Assembly: GCA_965112155.1 (NCBI GenBank)
Contig: OZ218107.1
Direction: 5' to 3' (one strand)
DNA from: Podarcis liolepis
Taxonomy: Eukaryota
Length of the DNA stretch: 64,000 nt
Shown in pieces: positions 26,092 to 37,589 of this stretch. The notes below the pieces were generated by a model, which was not told the DNA's origin, ran no database searches, and saw nothing but the letters and a program-made list of their open reading frames with translations. The number at the start of each line of letters is the position of its first letter. Positions within the stretch are counted from its first letter, which is position 1. The position numbers and the translations under genes are program-made.

Positions 26092-27111
26092 CATTTCTGG
26101 GCAAGATGGCTCTAATGAGGGACCGACTGTGTTCAACAGTTAATCTTCTGGCTAGTTCAGATGACAACCTTGAGCTCAGTTCAGAACTTTCAGAACCTAA
26201 AGAAGGAAAAGTCACTTGATCCAGGGACAGTTCTCGTATCTATTTCTACCTCTTTTTCTTAATGGTGACATGAACTGTTCGTAGCATAAGAATGTTCTTC
26301 ACAACTGTGAGCAGAGCAGAGCAGATCAGTGGGGTGGGGTAGGTGAAGATAAGCTACAACAATTAAATATGACATTGTTCACTGCTTCTGCTCAGGCTGA
26401 CAAGAAAAAGCATTTTGGTTCCTGAAATTCATTCCAATTGTGCAGATAAAATATAACAGAGAGAATTCTACAGAATGTGGTATTAATGTGTGAAAACAGT
26501 CAAGATCCAGTGATCCCAGGCATTCACCTCCAGATGGAGATGTCAAGCGCCATCCTGGCACCCAGGCATTCACTTGGTCGCAAGCGGCCGATAGTTGCAA
26601 AATGCGGCTTCTGCCTGGCTAATTTCAAACACTGTTTTGAAGATGTTTTTATTCATTTACACTAGTAGTTTTGGGAGAAAGGCTGGGATATAATATACAA
26701 AATAATAGTAACTTATGCTTGGGAACACACCTGATTTAGCAGAACTGAAATCTTCCTGTTTCATTGTTTTCTTTATCCTAGTTCTATCACCTCATACGTC
26801 CTAAAATGTTAAGTTGTTTTCCGGGGGCTTGGGCTTCTCTTCGTTTTTGGAAATCTAATCTATTAGGCTGGTAGAATTGTGGCTCAGAGTCAATTCAGGA
26901 GTTTTGGTCATATGGTAGATGTAGAATATACTTGCTGGTTTCAATTTTTAAAGTAAGCCCCACAACAGTTATGTATAAAGTGTCTCTTCTCAATATCTGA
27001 GAGTTCATTTAGCCTTAGAACTTTGTAGAATATTTACTTATTATACCAAATATAATTGTGGTAATTTTTCTTTGTAAAGTTCTGGTTAAATATGAATTGT
27101 TTCCTTTTTAG

Positions 27112-27231
27112 ATCAAACCATCAGAGACAAAATTGCAGAAAGGGATAAGGAAAAGCAGAAAGAAAAGAAGAAACACAGGTTAATGTCTGAAATTAAGAAA
27201 GAGAATGGAGAGATGAAATTATTTCAGAAAG
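27112..27231 (+). CDS. RSBN1L: RSBN1L exon 2
   Basis: Acceptor ttccttttag, donor AAAG|gtaagc; 120 nt, phase 1-1. Encodes DQTIRDKIAERDKEKQKEKKKHRLMSEIKKENGEMKLFQK. Not in the ORF track. Confidence 0.92.
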
Positions 27232-27547
27232 GTAAGCACACACAAATGTCTATTGTATAGCAGCTGCCTGCTTTCCTAGAAAATTGTACTATAGGCAACT
27301 CCCCATTTACATGAGAGTTGCATTCTGAGGGACTCTGCTTGCCAGCTTGCCCCAACCTTCTGGTGCCAAAAATGACGCACACCACCTTGAGCTCCTTGAA
27401 GAAAATATGGGATAATAAGTTGGTGTTTTTTTTGAGTTATTTAACCTCACTTGGCATATCACTTCACTGTGCATATAAATCAGTTTTTCATCTTCTTGGC
27501 ATGTCTCTTTAGACATACAAAAATGAAAATATTTCTTTTTTTAATAG

Positions 27548-28191
27548 GTATAAAGGAGAAACCAAAAAGCAATGCAGAAGATCTACAGATTAAAAAAGTA
27601 AAGAAGAAAAAGAAAAAGAAGCATAAAGAGTGTGAAAAAAGGAAGCGTCCAAAAATGTACAGTAAATCTATTCAGACCATCTGCTCGGGATTATTTTGTG
27701 ACACTGAGGATCAAGATGCCAAAGGCATAATCAAAAATCATCTTAAGGATTTCAATGGAAAAAATATGGATCCCAAGAAGGACTCTGAGTACAAGATATC
27801 AGAGAACAGTGAGTTTCCATTTGTCTCGTTAAAGGAGCCACGGGTTCAGAATAAACTCAAAAGGTTGGACATGTTGGAGTTCAAACAATTCATTCATATT
27901 GAGCACCAGCCTAATGGAGGTGCTTCAGTTATCCATGCCTACAGTAATGAACTCTCCCACTTGTCTCCTGTGGAGATGGAGAGATTTGCAGAAGAATTTG
28001 TGGGTCTGGTTTTTAGTGAAAATGAAAACTGTGCAGCTTACTATGTAATGGGAATTGTTCATGGGGCAGCTACTTACTTACCTGACTTTTTAGACTACTT
28101 TTCATTTAATTTTCCCAATTCGCCAGTGAAAATGGAGATTTTGGGAAAGAAAGATATAGAGACAACGACTATGTCAAATTTTCATGCTCAG
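27548..28191 (+). CDS. RSBN1L: RSBN1L exon 3
   Basis: Acceptor ttaatag, donor CAG|gtaaga; 644 nt. GIKEKPK..KKVKKKKKKKHK..MYSKSIQTICSG..HQPNGGASVIHAY..KKDIETTTMSNFHAQ. Confidence 0.96.
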
Positions 28192-29880
28192 GTAAGAGGT
28201 TTTTTTCACTTTCTAAAAAATATTTCATACTGTGATTAATTTCTTTTATATAAATGAAATATGTTAGCAGGAGAAGATTGAGTTGACTAAGGAAAATACA
28301 GTCAGATCCCCCCCCCCCCCGTATTCAATGCAGGAACAGAAGGTATTCTCCATTATGTATATTTGTACAATAATAATTCGCAAATTCTGTAGTTGGACAG
28401 GCTAATATGTTTGATAAATTGAATAATTAAAGACTTGTGTGAGTATGAGGTACCTATTCACAGAAAAGCTTGCCTGCGGCATCGCTGCATAATTTGTTGA
28501 TTGTGGTGTAGTTCCTTCCAATCAGCCTGTGGGTGGGGTAAGGGATAGTTCTTCTGTTTCAGTGGCATTGAATGTGATGGAATAATTTAATGAGAGCAGA
28601 ATGACCCAATCTCAGAAGAAACATGACTAATGGAGAAACACAGCAGATATACTTCTGGGTGTGGGTAGCTCTTACTCCTGCACCTTCTAAAACTTATTGG
28701 ACATCCATTTTTATTTTTTAAAAACTGATTTTTCTATAAGATCTTAGGAATATTTTCTGAACTTTTCCTTAGCATGCAATTGAGTAGTATGACCTGGACT
28801 TGGTAAAATGATGCATTTTCAGTTGTATGTGCTATGGCTGCAGTCCTATGAAAGATTCCTTAGGAATTGGTCCCTTTGGATCCAGAGGGGCTGGCAATTC
28901 AATCTAATGCATATTTAAAGCAAGTCAACTTGTTTTGCATTATTTATATCCTGCTCCACCCCTGAAAATGCCATAATACCCCAACATTAATATGAATTGG
29001 TGTCATAACAACTCCATAGCTTCCGACTCTTATTTTTCAGCATTGAGCTTTGTGAACTTCAGAAAATGAAATGCTTCTCAACTCCTTCAGCTGTTAGTGT
29101 TCTGTGCATTTCCAGTCATCAGCTGTGAGAAGACAAAGACCTGGTCAGCATGCATTGGTTTAATGTGAACCAGTGGTGTAGCAAGTTCAGGTGGTACCCG
29201 GTGCAGAAAATTTCTTGTCAACCCCCCCCCCAAATTATTAAAAGAAGGAAAAAATAAGATACTTAGTCAGTGTCATAGCTAAGGCCACCGTGTTTGGGGC
29301 CCTTTTGCTGTTCCTCATGCAGGAGTCCTGTCAATTTGCCAAGGTCCTCCCCTTCCCTCTGATTGTCCTTCTCTTCTCCCCCCCCCGCCCCACTTCCCAA
29401 GGGGGTGGGAAGGAACTCAGTTCCTGTCACCTCAGACTCCACCTCTTCTTTGCTTTACTTAATGCCTCATCATGTTCTTTGTTTCTCTTGCTTCAACCAC
29501 AGACAGAGCTCAAGCGTATTCCTGCCTAGCAAAAGCACCCAAGAATAGTGCAAATCAGGAGCAATAAGGGAGGATGTAATCTCTCATACCTGCACGCTGC
29601 TTCTGTGAACAGCCATAAGTATAGTGCTCAAGTACAGTGGATTTAGGTGGTGTCATAGGTGCCCCCCGCTTGCCTGCAGCAAGCCCCGTTGGGCCTTTTC
29701 ACAGCTCGCTGCAGGCGTGGGTAAGCCCAGTGGGGCTCGCCACAGGTGTGGGAAGGCCCGGCAAGGCAATTAAGCAGTTATAAATAAGTGAGCCCCCCCC
29801 CTAAGAATAATGCACTCAGATAAACTGAATAAAAAAATTCCTTCCAGTAGCACCTTAAAGACCAACTAAGTTAGTTCTTG

Positions 29881-29918
29881 GTATGAGCTTTCGTGTGCAT
29901 GCACACTTCTTCAGATAC
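29881..29918 (-). ncRNA. Minimal hammerhead ribozyme motif (antisense copy)
   Basis: Exact reverse complement of 29924-29961. Confidence 0.7.
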
Positions 29919-29923
29919 ACTGT

Positions 29924-29961
29924 GTATCTGAAGAAGTGTGCATGCACACGAAAGCTCATAC
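29924..29961 (+). ncRNA. Minimal hammerhead ribozyme motif (sense copy)
   Basis: Identical to 12500-12537; predicted cleavage after C29957. Confidence 0.72.
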
Positions 29962-32900
29962 CAAGAACTAACTTAGTTGGTCTTTAAGGTGCTACTGGAA
30001 GGAATTTTTTTATTTTGACTATGGCAGACCAACACGGCTACCTATCTGTAATCAGATAAACTGGTTTGTGCAGATATTTTTGGGTAAGATGCTTTGATCA
30101 TAATAACAGGCTGCATCCAACTAAATCCTACTTAGGGCAGGCCCTTTGAAATTAATGTTTGGATTTTTAATCCATTACAGTGAGTCTGCTCTGAGTAGGA
30201 CTAGCATCTGGGGGGGGAGAGATATGTAAATTTACAAAGAAGAAGGAGGGAAAACGAGGGCTGAGCAAATGTAAAAAGGATGGGGCAGCTGCATATTCCT
30301 GCATTCCAGAGGGCTGGACTAGATGATCCTCAGCAGGGTCCCTTCCAACTCTACAATACTATAATTCTAGGGGAAAGGAGCCAAAAGGGCAAAATCACTT
30401 CCCAAAGGTCTCTTTCCCCGTAAGAAAGGATTTAAAGTGAGGCAGGAAACAGTTAAGCAGGGAGATGTGGAAAGGTGAGAGGGGACACACACAGAGAGAG
30501 AGAGAGAGGGAGGGAGGGAGGGAGGGAGGAAAGAGTCACCCTGTTAATTTGTTTGCAGCTTCAAAAACACAGCCCATTACTCAAGAAAAGAAACCCATGA
30601 ATACCTGAGTGTAGGTGCTTAAGAGATACAGAGTGCCTGTCAGCAAAGAGAGAAGTGGCTCCCCGCAGCTCCCAAGTGCTGGTGGGACAGCTCCCTTTTC
30701 CCTCTCACCTGCCTCTGCCTCCCGGCCGTGGCTTTAAGGGTGATGCCTGAGCCTGGGTGGGTTCAGGGGGCAGCGACACAGGCACACGCTCCCCACACCG
30801 ATGGAGAGGGAAGGGGAAAGCCCTGTGGCCAGCAGCAGAGCAAGCTGATCGGACATGGGGCAGGGTGAGCTGGGCCTCCGAGGAGTTAGCCTGCCTCCAC
30901 CCACTCGGCCGAGGAGGAGACAGCGGGCGGATCTTTTGGGGCAGGATGGATCCTGCGGGCGCCCAAGCCACCACATCACTCCTAGGAGAGATGCGTGGCT
31001 CGGGCACGTTGCAGGCCGCACGGTGAGTGCCACCCAGCACTTTGTCACCCCCCCTCAGTGGGGACAGCCAGGGTGGACGGCCCCCACCGTACCCCCCCCA
31101 TCCTCCATCCCTGCTGTGAACAAGCAGTGTGCTACTATGTGTTGCTAAAATGCTCCTGGCCTGTTTCTTCCTTTGCTGAGCCAGGAAGAAAGCAACCACA
31201 GTGCTGGCTTACTTTTACACGAGAACCAATGCTCATGGATTGTGTTTCTTCAGTCTTTGGGTATTGGGTTATTGCTAATGGTTTGTTTGGGAGAAACGAG
31301 CTAGAAGTACTAGGTTTAGGATAATACTAATCAGTGATGTGGCTTGTTTCCTGCCAGCTCCTCAGCTTGCATGCCCTGGTACACCACCCATTCACAGTAT
31401 GCCATGGATTTTTCTGACCATAGCTTAAAATAATGGACAAATGGGGTCACTGAAAAGAGAGGACTTATTTGTGCTGTATATTCAGGGAAGTTTTTGGCTG
31501 AAGATTGCATTCTCTTTGAATTGCTTAAGTACAGTTTCTCTTGAAAATATTGTAAATCAAACGATGGATTAATGTTGCAGCCAGTAACAGTGTAATATAA
31601 TAAAACACATAATAAAACAGAACACAGATCAAAACTGACACATCAGTTTTATGATATCGTCATATGCAAATGATCTGTTAATTTGTCTTGAACAGACTAT
31701 TTGTAATTATACCTTTCCTGATAGGCAGAATAGGCCATAGCTGAATTCTTTTTAAGTAAGTATTCCCTTATTGATAAGGATGTCCTTTATATGTTTGTCA
31801 GTCTCACAGTTGCTCTTGAGTCAAATTTGGGACCAAACCATGTTCCTATAGTGTATATACATACCACCTTCAGGTTTGGCCTGGATCTGATAGAAATGTT
31901 ATCAACTAAAAACATTATTCCTTAGAAGAGTATGAATGTATACTAGCCTCTTATCAATTCTTACGTAAATGTTATGGTTGATTTGGTTTAATCATAATTC
32001 ATTATAGTCTTTAAATTGCTTCACTGTGTTTGTCGGTTGTCCTTGATCTGTTGATTTACAGGCTGCCGAATTGTTTTAATTGTAGCTTTTATTGATTTTA
32101 TTTTGGGCTTTGCATTGGTTCTATGTGTCCAGGAATTTATTAAGCTGCCTTGAGCGCTATTTGGCAGAAATGCAAAACTGAACAGCATAGCCTCTCAACA
32201 TGAAGGTAAAAAATGTTGCAATTTTTGAAATCTTCATTCCTATTACTTTATGGATATTACATTTTCCTTCACAGTTGGTGAAAGGATCAAGGGGATTCTT
32301 ATTGGGTAAATATTATAAGAGTGAACCACTGTTCAGCAGTCATTTAAAAAGCAAGTCAGTTTATTCCTGGTTGAAGGTAAACAGTAGATTCATGACTCAT
32401 ATAATGATTAAAAATAGAACAGTTAAGTCATAGCCATGTCTGGCTATTCTGTTCTCTTTAGATAGCTGGACAAAATGCCTGCATTCAGCAACATTAAAAA
32501 CAAAACTGTTGACTCTTGATATACTAAAATTCCAGAGACAAGGATAGGGCTTGTCTTCCTTTATATTATGATACTTTTAAGAGTAAGATTTGGCCACAAA
32601 ATGTCATTGTACCCAAGTTCTGAGAGCATAGTTTTGGTGCCACTGGAAGCACTTTAGAATAAATCAGTGACATAAATCATAGGGCTTCCAGGTGTAGCTC
32701 TACTGTGTTCTTCACTATAGAAACAGGAATTTTACTCTTGGAAACAAAAGTATATGTTCTGCTACTTAAAATATCTGCATTGAAGAATGGGAAACATCCA
32801 AATTATGTGTGCTTGAGCAGTTAGCAAGTTGTTCATACATGGTTGATTCGGTTAGATCCAGGCTGGCCATCCTGTGAATGTGGAAGGGCTCTTTCTCTTC

Positions 32901-32984
32901 ATAGAAAGGACCAGAAATTTCTTGCTAGAGGAATAATAATAATAATAAGAAGAAGAAGAAGTATAATAAGTATACTAATTATAA

Positions 32985-33650
32985 TTATTTATTTATACCC
33001 CGCCCATCTGGCTGCGCTTCCCCAGCCACTCTGGGCGGCTTCCAACAAAATATTAAATTACAGCAATCCATCAAACATTAAAAGCTTCCCTAAACAGGGC
33101 TGCTTTCAGATGTCTTCTAAAAGTCTGGTAGTTCTTCTTCTCTTTGACATCTGGTGGGAGGGCATTCCACAGGACGGGTGCCACTACCAAGAAGGCCCTC
33201 TGCCTGGTTCCCTGTAACTTGGCTTCTCACAGCGAGGGAACCACCAGAAGGCCCTCAGCACTGGACCTCAGTGTCCGAGTAGAACGATGGGGGTGGAGAC
33301 GCTCCTTCAGATATACTGGACCGAGGCCGTTTAGGGCTTTAAAGGTCAGCACCAACACTTTGAATTGTGCTCAGAAATGTACTGGGAGCTAATGTAGGTC
33401 TTTCAAGACCGGTGTTATGTGGTCTTGGCGGCCGCTCCCAGTCACCAGTCTAGCTGCCGCATTCTGGATTAGTTGTAGTTTCCAGGTCACCTTCAAAGGT
33501 AGCCCCACATAGAGCGCTTTGCAGTAGTCCAAGTGAGAGATAACCAGAGCATGCACCACTCTGGCAAGATAGTCTGCGGGCAGGTGGGGTCTTAGCCTGC
33601 GTACCAGGTGGAGCTGGTAAACAGCTGCCCTGGACACAGAATTGACCTGT
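32985..33650 (-). mobile_element. 5'-truncated L2 LINE 3' end
   Basis: HALVISHLDYCKALYVGLP..KLQLIQNAAARLVTG..DHITPVLKDLH, the L2 ORF2 C-terminus, plus the 3'UTR; AAT/AAG microsatellite alongside. Confidence 0.92.
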
Positions 33651-34434
33651 GGCTTTTGTCAATTTACCCTTCCTTTACAGTGCCCTGCACCACCTCTGGT
33701 GCTCCTCCAGAGTCCCCCAACTCTTCAAAGCAGATTTTCCTTGGGCTGAAAAGAGAAGAAGGTGCTGTAAAAATAGACTTATCCCTTCTGTCTGGCACTA
33801 GTGAAATGTCACAGAACATGTGAGGAATCTGGGGATCCAACCCTTTCTGTTTGCACACACAAAAATCCTTAAGTTTTCTTTTTCTAAAACCTTTTTGCAT
33901 GGTAAAAACTTGACAGACAAACATTTTATTGTTTAATTTGAATTTCTTGGTACCAGAAAATGGGCAGCATTCTTCTATGATTCAAATGCTTCATGTGCTT
34001 CACTATGTATAGCTGTGTTTTCTTGTTTTTTGAGTTCTCTTTGCAGTTTTCCCTTTTGAACTGTACTATAATTGGATGCAGATAAATTTCCATTTTGGAA
34101 GCATGCTGATAGGCCTAAAACAAGTAACGACAGCAACTTGGATAGTCTGCTTAATTAAAAAGTTTACATCTATTCCATGGTTTTAAACTCCTATGCTTGG
34201 TGTTCACTTCTTCCCTCTTTTACCAGAAAAGCCATACCTATGTGTTTCAGCTTGTGATAAACTAGAGTAAGATGACAATTTTTTTCTCTTGCCTAGGGTA
34301 GCTGTTTATACAATTTTGTAATATTTATAGGATGCTGAGATACAACAGAAAAGCATAGTTTAGCACTGGAGCCTTAAGTTTGCACACTCACTCCTCTTTT
34401 GTATGCTGCAATTAGTAATTCTCAATCCTAGTTT

Positions 34435-34754
34435 TTGTTGTTGTTGTTTAGTCGTTTAGTCGTGTCCGACTCTTTGTGACCCCATGGACCAGAGCACGCC
34501 AGGCACTCCTGTCTTCCACTGCCTCCTGCAGTTTGGTCAAACTCATGCTGGTAGCTTCGAGAACACTATCCAACCATCTCGTCCTCTGTCATCCCCTTCT
34601 CCTTGTGCCCTCCATCTTTCCCAACATCAGGGTCTTTTCCAGGGAGTCTTTCTCTTCTCATGAGGTGGCCAAAGTATTGGAACCTCAGCTTCACGATCTG
34701 TCCTTCCAATGAGCACTCAGGGCTGATTTCCTTCAGAATGGATAGGTTTGATCT
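34435..34754 (-). mobile_element. BovB (RTE) LINE 3' end
   Basis: TTTAGTCGTGTCCGACTCTTTGTGACCCCATGGAC..TCCAACCATCTC.TCCTCTGTC.TCCCCTTCTCCT..CATCAGGGTCTTTTCCA; (CAA)n tail. Confidence 0.9.
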
Positions 34755-37099
34755 AATTTACTGTTTCATATGAAAAAGGCAAACTATGGTGAGCTTGCAT
34801 AAAACAAAGATCAAGTCGACTAGGTATAGCAAGCTACTCTCCTGGAAGGAATAGATTACTATTATTCACATGAGTGTGAAGGGTTAATGACAGTGCTATA
34901 TTAAGGAAAGTAACTGTAAGTCCAGGATCACGTTTACATTTTGTTAATCTTATGTAACTGTAGTTGCCAAGGGAACAGGTTCCCCTCCTATTTGAGTGCT
35001 TTTCTAGTAACCTTGTCACAAAGAACAAATTGTGTTGCAAGTGTACCTGCTCTTTGTTGCCTCCTTCCCCAAACTGGTGCTCTTCAGGTTTTTTGGAATA
35101 CAACTCAAATTATTTCTCACCACTGGTCATACTCACTGGGCACATGAGATGAAGCCTTCTCTTTTGAAATGGACAGGGGAGTGGCTCCAGCCTTTCTTCC
35201 GATAGCATCCTGAGGTACACCACCTAACTTGGTTTGCTACATAATGGGATTTAAGCCTTACTATAAACCTAATTTATTGTCCATTTAACCCTAATGAGGA
35301 AAGACCATATACACAAAATGCTACTCTCATTGTAGAAAAGCTAATCACCCACAGCCACCCCCCCCCCCCCGCTAATCAAACTTAGGACAACTGACTGTTT
35401 CTTGTATCCGGGAAGCATTATCCAGAATCATGCCCCTTTCTTTTTCAATGTCTTCCGTGCTCAAGCCAAGCCAACCAGAGAGCACATGCCATGCTCTGTC
35501 CCCATTCCTGAGTTGTGCTCCTTCTCTCCTCCAGACTCTTATTCTCATGAGTCTTCTTTTTTCTGAGCTCTTGACTGCTGTCCCTCTGCTTCCTGGGATC
35601 ACCACTTCTTCTCTAATGTTCAGAGCCTAAGTGGAAGGCAAGGTAGTAACCCGCCTGCTCCTCCTATTTCCTTGCCTTTTTCTCAGTCTTACTGCAGTTA
35701 TACCCATTCTTTTCCACCCCTTTATGTGCAAGCTGTATTTTTTACCCATTCCACCAGCTCACCCCCCAAACATTCTCCTGCCTCTATCTTCCTTTCTAGC
35801 AAATCCAGTTAATTGCTGCGTTAGCACTCTTTCAGTAAAGAAAGCCTTTTTCGGTAAAGTCTTTTAACTTGTCTCTTGCTCCCTGAGCACCTTACAAAGG
35901 CAATCCACTGCGCCGACTAAACAATACGAACATTACCAGCACTTAGCTCGTTGGTATTTTGATTGTTATATTAGCTGGAGCAGAATGCACCAGACTGACA
36001 TCAGGCTGTTCTTTGGTAGAATAGGGCCATAGTCCCATTGGACAGAGTTGTTTGCTGCACACCACATGAGTTAAATTTCCCTAACTGCTTGTGTTCTGGA
36101 AGGGCTTATTCCATGGACACAGCAAAGTACTATGAAGATGTGTACTGAGTAAGTAAGCCGGGCAATGCTGTCATAATAGGATGCTGAGACATAACAATGA
36201 TCTCATGAGCAGAGTTGTGCATCTTACATGAACATCTTAGGGTGTGAATTTCCCCCGCTTCATTATTCAGAATACTTTCTTGCATTAAAATCACACGGCA
36301 GCAGAGCTGATTTCGCTGGTGCTCTGGTATCAGCCATTTCCTTCCAACGTGCCCCAGATATTGAATCATTCCAGGGCATTCTGGGGAAAACATGACAACA
36401 CCTACTATTAACTTCCACTCCTCTCCCAATATCCAAGGAATTTTGGAAAAATAAAATGGTAGGTGCTAAGTCATCCCTAAAATTGGGTGCTTCCTCCAGA
36501 AAAGGATAAGCCCCGCTCCCAAATGAAATTAATTGGATAATGAATCTGAATTCATTTCACTGCTTAGTGATGTTTACTTTATACAAGTATGTTGAATGAA
36601 ATGGATCCCATTTGTTTCTATTTTTCATTAATTACAAAATAAATTAACATTCCTTTTTCTATTAATACAGTACTTGTATAAAGTATATGCTTTTTCTCTT
36701 ATTTTTTATTTTTAAAATATTGCAATCCCTAACCTGACTTTGCTAAATTGAACTCCCAATATAGCCCAATATAAATTACACTCATATAAAAACAATTTGC
36801 AAATTTATTTAATCTGAGTGGTAAGATGAGCTTTTTGTAATAGAAGTAAAATCTAGATATACACTGAGGTTGCTTATGATCCAAAGGTAGTAATACACTA
36901 AGGTATGGTAACTATGGCTTTATTTGGACATTCTCTAACATCATCTCCTAAGATATATGGTCAACAGTCACTAGAGTCTGCTTTAACCTGAACACATTTT
37001 GGAAGCAGTGCAAGCACTTTCGGTTTGAATGAACATTTAGTGGCAGGGGTTAAGAGAAGTTCATTTTACCAGCAGAACAGAAAATAGTATTCTCTAGTT

Positions 37100-37589
37100 C
37101 AGTGTTTCCCAACCGGTGTTCCGCGGCACACTAGTGTGCCGTGAGACACCGGCTGGTGTGCCGTGGGAGGAAGGCGGGCGAGTCGGGCGGTGAGAGGTGG
37201 CGGCGGCGGCGAGGATCCGCGTCGAGCCGGGGGCGGCTCCGCGGTGGTGGTGCCGAGCGGCGGGGCAGCGCGCGCAAAAGGGAGGAGCGCGAGACAGCGG
37301 AGGAGGAGGAGGCCGGCATGTCCGGGCAGCAGCAGCAACAACAGCAGCAGCAACTCCCGCCGCCGCCCCCTCCTCCGCCCGCTATCGCCGCCGCCGCCTC
37401 AGCTGCCCTCGCTCTGCTGCCTCCTCCCACCCCGGCAAGGGGGAGGGAAAAAACTTTCGCTTTTGTGCGTCCCTCCCGGCGTGACGCTGCGCGCTGACGT
37501 CACGGGGCGGGGCTTTAATGGTGGTGTGCCGCGAGATTTTTTTCCGGCTAACAGGTGTGCCGTTGCCCAAAAACGTTTGGGAAACACTG
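37100..37589. mobile_element. Non-autonomous hAT element with a CpG-rich interior
   Basis: TIR CAGTGTTTCCCAA; repeated GTGTGCCG subterminal motifs; exact 8-bp TSD CTCTAGTT. Confidence 0.93.

Larger units (their letters stand above)
29828..30051. mobile_element. Penelope-like inverted pLTR insertion
   Basis: Perfect 93-bp arms (29828-29920 and 29922-30014) plus a 37-nt tail. 12-bp TSD TCAGATAAACTG (29816-29827 and 30052-30063). Confidence 0.85.
29171..31113. mobile_element. Large composite non-autonomous hAT-like element
   Basis: Termini CAGTGGTGTAGC and CCTCCATCCCTG (imperfect); flanks ATGTGAAC and CTGTGAAC (7/8 TSD); TGTCA(A/C)CCCCCC subterminal motifs at both ends. Confidence 0.55.

Noticed and set aside
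37141-37497. PolyQ/polyP ORF as a host gene or RSBN1L exon
   Set aside because: It lies wholly within a TSD-flanked transposon, lacks clear splice sites, and is not needed for the RSBN1L frame.
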